A DNA stretch of 64,000 bases, taken from IMG/VR virus record IMGVR_UViG_3300008117_000011, positions 124,001 through 188,000 of that record; one strand, written 5' to 3'. The notes beneath the pieces were generated by a model that was not told the origin of the DNA, ran no database searches, and saw only the letters and a list, made by a program, of their open reading frames with translations. This document shows, piece by piece, positions 18,101-26,386 of the stretch. Each line of letters starts with the position of its first letter. Within the stretch, counting starts at the first letter, position 1. Position numbers and translations under genes: made by a program.

Positions 18101-21100
18101 TTGTGGGATAATTAAATTTAACTTTTATTTTATTAACACCATCAAAAAATTTAGACCTATAATTAAATTCATTTAATTTTTGAGAATACGCTTCAGATGT
18201 TGGGTGTGCTAAAAATCTGAAACTTTCAGCGGTATCATTATTTTTAGCTCTTCTTTGCGGTGCAAAAACAAATGGTTGTGGTGCGTGAAGTCGTCTAGAA
18301 CCAGGAATTCCGGTTGTATAATTTTGAGGTGATGCAGGATCTAAAGATTCACTCCCAGTTAAAAGCCTTAGAAATCCTAATCCGGCTGGAATACCAATTT
18401 GACCATTAACTCTTTGTTCTGACGCTTGATTAAGAAATGATTTATATTGTGTCCCGTCTCCGTCGGCACCGCAATTGTTATCGGTACCTGGAAACCAAAA
18501 ATTACCAAAACAACGTTCTGGTTCATCATCATCATTTAATGGTTGATTAATGTTTGGGTGTTCAAGATTTACAAAAGTTGATAAGTTATTTATTGGTGCA
18601 AAAATTGAAGTTTGTTTTGATATTTGATTTGGGATTCCTTGTGGCAATTCAACATCAGCGTTTGCACTACCCTCTTCTTCAATTGCCGAATTAATTGAGT
18701 CTGAATCAAAATCGTCAGACATTGGTGCTTCACCACAAGCACAATCACAAGTAGAACAATCTGGATAAGTTATCATTGGAAGTCCTATTCTTGGGAACCC
18801 TTTTACTTTGAGTGCCGCAAATATTGCTAATGCTAGAAAGGCTAATGATAAACCAACAATAAAAATGGCTTTTATTACTAAAACAACAACCTTTAAAGCT
18901 AATCTTAAAGCTTCAAGTAGGTTTGTCAAATTAAATACAGCTCCAGCACCAAAACTAAACAAACCTGCAATTTCATTAACAATTGCGGCAATTTCAGTTG
19001 CTGTTTCATATACTGCAGACCCTGCTTGGACAACAAAGTATAATCCAAGTGCAATTAATAACCATTTAAGTATTGGCCAAATAAGTGCAATTAAATGGGC
19101 AATAAATAATAAGACAAGAATTGGAAATTGTAATATATTAAAAAGTAGGTTGGTTATAAAAAATATAAAATCAAAGTTTCTTATTACATCATTTACTGGA
19201 AAAGTATTGACTGTTGATTTACAAGTTCTATTGTCAATCTCTTTAATACCTAAATGTTTTGCCCTACCAATACCATTTTTATACCTATCTATAAATGCGG
19301 CTGTCGTATAAACTTTATTGTAATGGAATTCATAGAAAGTGTCCTCACAATCAATTGCAGATTGTGGATCAACATAGTCATCCCAATCCAAACTAAAAGT
19401 ATATGACCTTAATAAGTCAAAATAATTTTCAGAATATAATGTATATATTACCTCTGCTTGAGTTAATGGGTCAGTAAAAACCGGAGTAATTGTAACTATA
19501 TCCCCAGGATTTGTGGGTATTACTTGAGTGTCCCCAAAATATGGGATACCATTTATTTCAACACTATATGAACTAACATTTATAACCTCATCAAAAACTA
19601 AACCACCACCATTAGGTCCAATAGTGATTGTATCACTTATCTGATTTCCAAGAATTGAAAAGGTTGTGTTTGGACACCCCCCAACACCTGTAAATGATAC
19701 TGATGATGGTAATGTTGGGTCTGTTTGAACAAATTGAATCAATATACCATTTGTTGTTGTAAGACCTGTTATACCATTTGATAGATTCCCATAATATGGT
19801 TGTAATCCAGATAGAGTTCCGGTTGATGATACATAAACTTGATATGAATCAACGTTTGTAAGAACTGGATTTATAAGTGATCCTGGTCCTGGTACCGATT
19901 GAAAGGTTGAGTTTACTTGTGCTGGAATTATAAATGGTACAGTTTGTGATTGCCCAATCTTAAGTGGGTCATTATTATATGAAACATTTGCTGTGTCCCA
20001 CCCAAATTCCTTTATGTTTGGTACAAGAAAATTAGCTCTTAAAAATTCATTCTGAAGTCCACCCTCATTTTCCCATTTAAATTTAAATCTATATCTTGCT
20101 TTTGTTGGTATACCAATTGTTGGGTCTGTAGATAATGTTTGTTCACCAAATTCATTTGTAAAAACATAATCTAAATTCATTGGTAAATTAACAAGATAAG
20201 CCCCATCCCCATCAATTACTTTTCCGTTGTTATCTAAATTAAATTGTTCAAGTATTGGTAATCCATCGTCATCAACATTTATCGTTTGTCTTATTGATAA
20301 TATTTGTCCAGGACCAGAAACTAATTCACAAAGATTTCCGGTGTTATTTTTTGGTCTACAGCTTGCTCTTAAAGCGTCATCATCTGTTGTTGAGATGATT
20401 GACCCCATAAAAACAGCGGTTGGTTCAATTGATATGTTTGCCTCAGCTGTTAAATCAAAGTCAGCTCTTGTTATTCCTAATTGACAAATTTCTGGTTCAC
20501 CCCAAAGTGGTGAGATATCAATAATTTTATTTAAAGTTTTTACTTGTGGTAATTCATTTAAATTTGTTGAGGATTTAAATTTTGATCCGTTTACTTGTGA
20601 TTCAACCGCTTGACCTGCTTGTATTAAATCTTGTGGTGCCAGTGAGAAACAACCAATGTCAGATAAATCAACATCCATAAAAATAGTTTGACTTCCAAGT
20701 GGGACGCCAAAAATCATATAGTCACCACTATCATTTGTTCTAGTTGTAAACTTATAATATTTGTCGTATACTTCTATGTAAGATTCATCAAGAAGAGCAT
20801 CACTTCTATCCGGAAATGTTCCTGTTGCTGCGTGACCGTCATATGATGGGTTTTTAGGTAATAAGTTATATCTATAACCATCCGCATCCAAATCTGAAAG
20901 TGAGGTATAAGGATATAGCTCAGTAATAATTGGATTTAATGAGTCTTCATTTGATATAGGAATGAAAACTGAAACCCTAGCGTTTGCTAACCCAAAACCA
21001 CCATTCACGAATACTCTACCAACAACAACGCCGTAGTCAGAACATTGTCTATTGTAGATGTCACTTTTTAAAATTTTGAGTGATAGAATGTTGAGTGTTT

Positions 21101-21176
21101 CAAAGTCCTGATCCAATTGGACTTGAATGGCTTTGTCAACCCCAACTTGGGTTCTTATTCTTTGTGATTTCGGCAT
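15159..21176 (-). CDS. 2005-aa virion-region protein with N-terminal carboxypeptidase-regulatory-like beta sandwich and central multi-pass hydrophobic segment
   Basis: VVGRVFVNGGFGLANARVSVF...TTRTNDSGDYMIFGVPLG near the N-terminus. Long hydrophobic helices (about 18790-19180) followed by CSTCDCAC. Confidence 0.65.
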   Translation of the reverse strand: MPKSQRIRTQVGVDKAIQVQLDQDFETLNILSLKILKSDIYNRQCSDYGVVVGRVFVNGGFGLANARVSVFIPISNEDSLNPIITELYPYTSLSDLDADGYRYNLLPKNPSYDGHAATGTFPDRSDALLDESYIEVYDKYYKFTTRTNDSGDYMIFGVPLGSQTIFMDVDLSDIGCFSLAPQDLIQAGQAVESQVNGSKFKSSTNLNELPQVKTLNKIIDISPLWGEPEICQLGITRADFDLTAEANISIEPTAVFMGSIISTTDDDALRASCRPKNNTGNLCELVSGPGQILSIRQTINVDDDGLPILEQFNLDNNGKVIDGDGAYLVNLPMNLDYVFTNEFGEQTLSTDPTIGIPTKARYRFKFKWENEGGLQNEFLRANFLVPNIKEFGWDTANVSYNNDPLKIGQSQTVPFIIPAQVNSTFQSVPGPGSLINPVLTNVDSYQVYVSSTGTLSGLQPYYGNLSNGITGLTTTNGILIQFVQTDPTLPSSVSFTGVGGCPNTTFSILGNQISDTITIGPNGGGLVFDEVINVSSYSVEINGIPYFGDTQVIPTNPGDIVTITPVFTDPLTQAEVIYTLYSENYFDLLRSYTFSLDWDDYVDPQSAIDCEDTFYEFHYNKVYTTAAFIDRYKNGIGRAKHLGIKEIDNRTCKSTVNTFPVNDVIRNFDFIFFITNLLFNILQFPILVLLFIAHLIALIWPILKWLLIALGLYFVVQAGSAVYETATEIAAIVNEIAGLFSFGAGAVFNLTNLLEALRLALKVVVLVIKAIFIVGLSLAFLALAIFAALKVKGFPRIGLPMITYPDCSTCDCACGEAPMSDDFDSDSINSAIEEEGSANADVELPQGIPNQISKQTSIFAPINNLSTFVNLEHPNINQPLNDDDEPERCFGNFWFPGTDNNCGADGDGTQYKSFLNQASEQRVNGQIGIPAGLGFLRLLTGSESLDPASPQNYTTGIPGSRRLHAPQPFVFAPQRRAKNNDTAESFRFLAHPTSEAYSQKLNEFNYRSKFFDGVNKIKVKFNYPTNTASSQEHYDQPLVILAKPGTLQNLGIGEIFTFQDPNLSQCNQNLTGATFFSATTNQFNNNSVTGTSYSALTKVVTYATSYGGNGSVPYVITGDTTENYLKYPVDIEYFQVITGFTYNEFIANTGYNGSTLGFFPQKYLHHKAGFIYANGSNSFPYLSDLYNTIKTFKGIENTTHLDPLTQQKSTVIFQAEGYQEYEIIVITRGVDPHSPKQKNRYDLSVIFGQTTTNNSVVIEGDYYLNIPIQGLTGVGNRPTTHNVISNDTATELFFEPFNFKLGESYTIGGVDYNKFTTFQSRLPHYYSSIDEGVAPFNSYTPDAGFPTVNQVGSPNGGGYDTIGYGGPNWRGFLLPIDNGLTPPPILGQNNNTSLYYFAGGSFTMSNVGNSSTVMYGDLGQDQDRENDYWKSTAPRLFSVYSPAYYRYSIPSVTFNVDQTPGQPQYMVMRSDRVPTSTGVEENYGTTSYGLHQNNNFRVYKAGVESGEVYGFEPDINGGQGVYDESALVQSLTSTLSCENMKSLQCYVGTGASIEINPNCSVPDNRVYRGCYCLLNYKESDNKFFKKLYLIQGAFKDDARLFLEWKTRFLVTFAACKGVFAQTFQNNWINGVLYMFSFNKSTFYELDQPDEPRYVYCQDTIIFNEITNSFFYRSSPWNKTTNQFVGSASPTPPNAPAYLLNDYPGLGYNTRRIQFPTTIMDLGPREKFISQICSDSEFNGYLVDQMRATSYKDNSDLIQMGFISRLLNQTFIQQLLPVGDPAGNSSEGKGIIQFFNSERKGDRIDGDIAQALAINSEWKVIPYLGENYPDNALFIGDSTSPSRPLFGIFFSSSTEDYSYRRKLTPGYEYYSLNCGGVFNDFGYPKDQVVPHYKWRLAPQGDQTNFIFGTENNNWDTLSAPGFYKNEYQNLNFDAPNQYFTTTTPNNLGFITNFDSNGDPEPTYAGVTNGLEGEKVLVGAPFYFYFGLNNGFTALDKFIKLYIETTD

Positions 21177-21248
21177 TAAATGTTTTTTTGATAAATAGTT
21201 TATTTCCTATTTTCAAAAAAATAATCTCTTTTTAAAAAAAATAAATCG

Positions 21249-23000
21249 TCAAGAGAATGTTGTCCCACCGAAATTCAGAACTCTTACATTAATATCCTTA
21301 TTTGGGAATCTTATTTGATACATTTGTGTTGGTTCAGCAAAGATTGTGTCGGCAATTAATTCAATTTGTTTTGTCTCAGGGTCTGAATATTTTTGTGATG
21401 TTTGAGATGACGAGTATTGACCCCCAACTTTATTAAAGAATAAGATATCAGATATACTCACAATACCATCTTCTTGTTGTATTAATCTTCTTATTTCTGA
21501 CACATTAACATTTTGTCCTAGTTGTCTATTTCCGGGTGAAAAATATTGTGTTATAATGTCAATTATTTTTGTAACTAGCGCTCCTTGATTCTGAGTCCCA
21601 TCTAATATAACATCAACTGTTACCCCAAGGTCAATAACATTTGCATTTTCAACAGAAATATAATCATTAATCATTCTGTAATTTGATAAATAATTTGCAA
21701 TATTTTGTTTTAATGTATTTGAGTTTGTTTCACTTAACTTACCGTCATTATCGTATGACAACATTTTTATTTTAATTTTGTTATTCTCCTCAGTAATTGT
21801 TACTTTTGCTGGTGCACCAAATTGTGATGGCATTGTTCTTATTATTGATTCATAATCATTAATTGTTACAGCTCTGTTCTGTGCTGCAAAGTTAAATGAA
21901 ACCATATTCCTAACTTCTTCAACTGTTGGTGTGTTAGCGCCGCCAACTGCCGCTGTAACGTTATTACATTTAAGTGAGTTGATAGTCGTTCTATTTGTTG
22001 TCTCTGATGGACCATTAACCGCAAATGAAAGTTTAAGGGCACTTCCAAGTGCTATATTATTTGAATATTTTGCAAGATTTAAATCAAACCCATTTCTTGC
22101 AAATTCTCTCACTTGATCCTCCGCTGATGTGTTACCACCACCAAAAGTCATTTTTAAAAATCCTTGTGAAGTAAATTCAGAAATAAATTTATCTGATGTT
22201 GTGATATATCTCCCAACTTTAATTCCGGGATTATCAGATACTTTTGTTGGGTCCTCAATAAAAACTCTATCTTCAGCAAGGGCTTTTACTTCATACCATC
22301 TATTATTAAACCCTAAAAATTCTTGTGGTTGTGGAACCGTTGTATATTGGGTTCCTTCTTTAACTAAAACACTTGTTATCCCCAAAACATTTTTTTCTGG
22401 TAAAAATAATTCAAAGAATGGTTTAACATCATTTGGTGTTATAACTCTTTTGAATACTTTTGTTACACCATTAACAACAACTTCTCTTTTTGTTATTGTA
22501 TAATTAAGTAATCTACCACTAGAATCAAAGTTTGGTATTTTAATTCTATTTGGGAACCCTTCAGCATTTACCGCAGATGAAAAATCAATATCGTAAACTG
22601 TTTCAAATGGTTGTCCGGCACCCAAAACTTGTGCACCTCTTCTTAATAAACCACAATATCTTAAATCTTCTTTATCACCAAATGCTGGAACAATAATTGA
22701 AAAATCAACAAGTGACACAGATGGTCTTTGTCCTGGTATCTTTAACCCATAAGTTCTTGCAATATTATATATTGAAGATCTTTGTTGTGCAAATTGTAAT
22801 ACCGTTTCTTGTAAACTTCTATCAATGTGAAAATGTAAGTTGTCGGTTACCGCAGCATTTAAATCAACAAATACAGAAAAAATTCCTGCATCGTTAAAGT
22901 TCTGGATTAACTCTGGGTAATATTGTCTAGTAAAATTTATAAGTTCGGTTCTTACCGCCTGAAAATCTCTAGTTGTATACGATATTTTTTTCTCTGCCAT
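21249..23000 (-). CDS. Baseplate wedge protein (T4 gp6 / baseplate J-like), apparent internal in-frame deletion
   Basis: ISYTTRDFQAVRTELINF N-terminus and AAVGG...EEVR...AQNRAVTINDYE motif; adjacent to gp25. Confidence 0.85.
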   Translation of the reverse strand: MAEKKISYTTRDFQAVRTELINFTRQYYPELIQNFNDAGIFSVFVDLNAAVTDNLHFHIDRSLQETVLQFAQQRSSIYNIARTYGLKIPGQRPSVSLVDFSIIVPAFGDKEDLRYCGLLRRGAQVLGAGQPFETVYDIDFSSAVNAEGFPNRIKIPNFDSSGRLLNYTITKREVVVNGVTKVFKRVITPNDVKPFFELFLPEKNVLGITSVLVKEGTQYTTVPQPQEFLGFNNRWYEVKALAEDRVFIEDPTKVSDNPGIKVGRYITTSDKFISEFTSQGFLKMTFGGGNTSAEDQVREFARNGFDLNLAKYSNNIALGSALKLSFAVNGPSETTNRTTINSLKCNNVTAAVGGANTPTVEEVRNMVSFNFAAQNRAVTINDYESIIRTMPSQFGAPAKVTITEENNKIKIKMLSYDNDGKLSETNSNTLKQNIANYLSNYRMINDYISVENANVIDLGVTVDVILDGTQNQGALVTKIIDIITQYFSPGNRQLGQNVNVSEIRRLIQQEDGIVSISDILFFNKVGGQYSSSQTSQKYSDPETKQIELIADTIFAEPTQMYQIRFPNKDINVRVLNFGGTTFS

Positions 23001-23009
23001 ATCTTTTTA

Positions 23010-23471
23010 TTAAATATTTATAATAAGAAAATCAGATGATTCAAAAGCACTTGCTGTAATCTTATAATCAATTTTTACTTTTGCGGTATATTCTTTTTGC
23101 GCTAATCCAGGAACTCTAAATTCTCTTTGTCCTTCTGAATTAATATAAGTAGCTCCGGCGTTATCAATATCATTCGTAGCTTCAGTTATTGTAATATTTG
23201 TGACGGTAATTCCAGGAAGATATTTTCCAACACTATCTCTAATTTCACTCTCAATTTCAGAAAAGGTAGGACCATCAAGTGGTTCAAAAATATATTCATA
23301 TAGTCTTGTTCCAAAATCCGGAAGAAAGTATCTTGTTCCCTTTCTTGTTAGTAATAAATGAATTAAATCAGATCTAACCTCATCATCACTTGTTTCGGTC
23401 GCACCTAAATACTTACCTTCGTATGATTGTGTAAAAGGAAATTTTAATCCATATGTTACTCCGTTTGCCAT
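23010..23471 (-). CDS. Baseplate wedge / sheath initiator, gp25/GPW-like
   Basis: VRSDLIHLLLTRKGTRYFLPDFGTRLYEYIFEP motif. Confidence 0.9.
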   Translation of the reverse strand: MANGVTYGLKFPFTQSYEGKYLGATETSDDEVRSDLIHLLLTRKGTRYFLPDFGTRLYEYIFEPLDGPTFSEIESEIRDSVGKYLPGITVTNITITEATNDIDNAGATYINSEGQREFRVPGLAQKEYTAKVKIDYKITASAFESSDFLIINI

Positions 23472-23506
23472 ATGTAATAAATATAATGTTGTGATATTTT
23501 ATATAA

Positions 23507-23538
23507 ATAAAAAAAATCACTGATTTCTCAGTGATTCT
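23507..23538 (-). terminator. Intrinsic terminator (9-bp stem, GAAA loop, long U tract)
   Basis: Minus strand AATCACTGA-GAAA-TCAGTGATT-TTTTTTT, overlapping the stop of 23517..23747. Confidence 0.85.
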
Positions 23539-23747
23539 TTTAAGTTTGTTGTTCCTTTTTCATAAAGTGGTTCATAAGGACAATGTCTACATTTTGACCC
23601 ACAACACCTTCCTCTTTTAATATGAAACGATTCGGTCATAACCATATTTCCATTTTTGTCCTTATAAAAGTTAGGTTCAGGAGATTTTTTAGTTGTCTCC
23701 TGAACATATAACTGTTGTATCCAATCTTTTGATGCGTTTACATTCAT
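23517..23747 (-). CDS. DUF5522-like Cys-rich small protein
   Basis: HIKRGRCCGSKCRHCPY motif. Confidence 0.75.
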   Translation of the reverse strand: MNVNASKDWIQQLYVQETTKKSPEPNFYKDKNGNMVMTESFHIKRGRCCGSKCRHCPYEPLYEKGTTNLKESLRNQ

Positions 23748-23748
23748 T

Positions 23749-23829
23749 TTAATTATTTTTTCTTAAGTTATAAAATGCCAACAACACTTGATATGTTAAT
23801 GTTACATTATTTCCCCATTGTACTTTCAT
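23749..23829 (-). CDS. 26-aa small ORF (MKVQWGNNVTLTYQVLLAFYNLRKNN)
   Basis: ATG at 23829, TAA at 23749-23751, one base before the DUF5522 ATG. It fills the gap exactly. Below the ORF-track cutoff. Confidence 0.55.
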   Translation of the reverse strand: MKVQWGNNVTLTYQVLLAFYNLRKNN

Positions 23830-24418
23830 AATATTTTGTATTTAAACCCCATTTAAAATCGTCAATTTTTTTAACATTAAAATCAACTAATTCATTATTT
23901 TTAGTTACTTGATTACATAGAAAAATAAACATATCTTGATTAAAGGTGTTTTTCATCACGTTTATATGTTTATGCACCCATTGTACATTCCCAATAACAT
24001 AACCATTTTTACTATCTATTCTATCTAATGATACAGTGTAACTTTTATCATTCCAACTAATAGGTAATGTGATATCAATTCCAGATAAGTTACATTTGCC
24101 ATTTTGTTTTACATATAAGTCGTAAAGATACTCCTTTGTTAAATTAAAATCTAAATTTCTTCTATTTGACCTTTTAGATGTTTTATATTTAGTTATATTA
24201 TACCATAAATTTCCGGTTATCCCCCCGTCTTTATTTATTTTATTCTTACAACCACAAGAAACTATACCGCCACTACGTAAATGTGTTCCAAAAACTTCTG
24301 TCATATTACCACATTCACATTCACATCCATATCTTATGTGACCATTTTTATTCTTTTTTAGTTCTTCAACCACTTTAAGTTTTCCAAAAACTTTACCAAT
24401 CATTTCAATTTTTTTCAT
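23807..24418 (-). mobile_element. Free-standing HNH-type homing endonuclease gene
   Basis: N-terminal FGKLKVV...CECECG...LRSG...SCGC DNA-binding module. C-terminal QNGKCNLSG...SLDRIDSKNGYVIGNVQWVHKHINVMK His-Me finger. Sits after the RNR terminator with its own TATTTAT (24444-24450). Confidence 0.8.
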
Positions 24419-24461
24419 ATTTCACAAGTATTTGTTATTATATATAAATATATTGTGAAAT

Positions 24462-24499
24462 AAAAAAAGTAAGGAACTTTTAATAAATTCCTTACTTTT
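24462..24499 (-). terminator. Intrinsic terminator after nrdJ
   Basis: AAAAGTAAGGAA...TTCCTTACTTTT inverted repeat followed by a T run on the minus strand. Confidence 0.8.
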
Positions 24500-24505
24500 C
24501 TATTA

Positions 24506-26365
24506 TTAGATTATCTCGCAAGATCCGTTCGCACAAGCCAATTCTCCTCGTAGGTCGGTATTATCTTGTAATTCAATAACTTTTGTTAAATCAACATCAG
24601 ATAATGTTTTAACAAGTTTTTCAAATTCATCTTGTGTACAATCGGTAAATGGGGCCTGTGTATATGTTCCTCCATTATATGGTAGTACTGATAAACCATT
24701 ATAGAACTTACGATTTTTCCACATCCAATCACCAACTAAGTCCCACTCATCCTCTTTTATTGAAACTGTCGCTGACACGTTGTGTGTGTTTTGACCACTT
24801 CTATGACCAAATTTAATCCACTCTTGAGAAACTTTTTTAACTCTTTCAAGCATCTGGAATACAGATTCGTATCGTAGAATTGATCCTTCAGGTGCTTTTT
24901 GTGGTATTGTGATTACAGCGGTATCGTGTGGTCGGAAGTATTCATCTTCAACTAGTTCTGGGTGATTAATTGCAAGATAACTATAAATTGCTTCATTCTT
25001 TCCAACACGAATCCTTCTCAAATAATAATCATTATGCCAAGCGTGAATTCCAGAGGATGTTCCCAATACAAGAGATGAGGTTCCAGATGGCTTAACAGTT
25101 GTAGTTCTAGCGGCCTTGTTAATTCCAATAAGATTTGCAACTCTTTCGTTTTCTTGTTTTACTGCTTCAGCCGCTGCTTTCATATCATAACCCAAAACAA
25201 CACCGGAACCAATTCCTGTCATACCAATACCAATTAGTGCGTCTTTTTCTGTTGTTCTTTTCCAAACGTCACGTAGATAATGGAAATCTGTATAACCAGC
25301 CTGTAGTGTTCCAATAAATGTCGCTGCTTTAACTCGTTGTTCAAAATCTTCTTGCGATTCAATATCTGATGCATTAACTTCACAAAGATTACAGAATTGA
25401 TAAGGGCGAAGTCCAATTTCACAACAAGGATTTGTCCCCCAATCTTTGTCGTTAGACAAGTAAATTCCTGGTTCTCCAGCTCCGGAAAGTTCAATTCTTT
25501 TCCAAAGATCCATAAAATAATCTTGTGTTACTTTGTGACGAAGAAGAACCGCAGAGTTATTTGCTCTACCTCTTTGTGGGTTTGATTCCCACCAGTTTCC
25601 TGATTTACAAGAAATCATTTCATCATCGTCAGCTGAAAACAAACTAATAAGTGCTGCTCTTCTGATACCTCCGGCTAATACTGCGTCAGCAATATGACAA
25701 ACGATGTCGTGTGTTTCAATCGGTGAAAGTTTATCACCATTTTCTTTTGCGTCAAGGACTTTTGTGATATTGTGAATACAATCCTTTAATGGTTGTGGTC
25801 CTGGAGCTTTTCCTCCTGATGTAACAAGAAGGGCCCCTTTGTGACGGATATCTGAATAATCAAATACCGGTGTTGATGATTTTGACCCCATATATGATTC
25901 AATAAGAACTTTAATTGCGTCAGCCCACCCTTCAATTGAATCCCCAATCAAATATCTTCTTGTTCTTGTTGGGTTTGGTTTTTTAATCTCCGGAAGTTTA
26001 TCTACGTGATGTTTTTGTACTGAGAACCCAACTCCAGTCCCACCCAAAAGTAAAAACATTGTTTCAGAAAATGCATCAGTATGATCAATTGGTAAATAAG
26101 CACAATTGTATACTCTATTTGGTGAGATTTCAATTGGTTTACCACCAAACTGAAGTGATCTCATAGATGGAAGTATTTTTTTATCGTAAACCATTTTATA
26201 CACCTCTTCAATTTCATCCTTGATTTGCGGATACTTTTTTTGGTGCATTTCTTTATTTCTTGTTACCAATTCTTCCCAAGTCTCTCTTCTGTTTAGTTCC
26301 GGGATAAACTTTGCGTACTTCATATGTACAGTTATGTCACTTAAAATTTTTTGTGAAATATCCAT
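24506..26365 (-). CDS. nrdJ: Class II (adenosylcobalamin-dependent) ribonucleotide reductase, monomeric RTPR type
   Basis: YNCAY, GTNPCCEI active-site finger, TVKPSGT and C-terminal CANGSCEII cysteine pair. No ATP cone, and no beta subunit in the window. Confidence 0.9.
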   Translation of the reverse strand: MDISQKILSDITVHMKYAKFIPELNRRETWEELVTRNKEMHQKKYPQIKDEIEEVYKMVYDKKILPSMRSLQFGGKPIEISPNRVYNCAYLPIDHTDAFSETMFLLLGGTGVGFSVQKHHVDKLPEIKKPNPTRTRRYLIGDSIEGWADAIKVLIESYMGSKSSTPVFDYSDIRHKGALLVTSGGKAPGPQPLKDCIHNITKVLDAKENGDKLSPIETHDIVCHIADAVLAGGIRRAALISLFSADDDEMISCKSGNWWESNPQRGRANNSAVLLRHKVTQDYFMDLWKRIELSGAGEPGIYLSNDKDWGTNPCCEIGLRPYQFCNLCEVNASDIESQEDFEQRVKAATFIGTLQAGYTDFHYLRDVWKRTTEKDALIGIGMTGIGSGVVLGYDMKAAAEAVKQENERVANLIGINKAARTTTVKPSGTSSLVLGTSSGIHAWHNDYYLRRIRVGKNEAIYSYLAINHPELVEDEYFRPHDTAVITIPQKAPEGSILRYESVFQMLERVKKVSQEWIKFGHRSGQNTHNVSATVSIKEDEWDLVGDWMWKNRKFYNGLSVLPYNGGTYTQAPFTDCTQDEFEKLVKTLSDVDLTKVIELQDNTDLRGELACANGSCEII

Positions 26366-26386
26366 ATTTTTAAAATTTAATTATTT

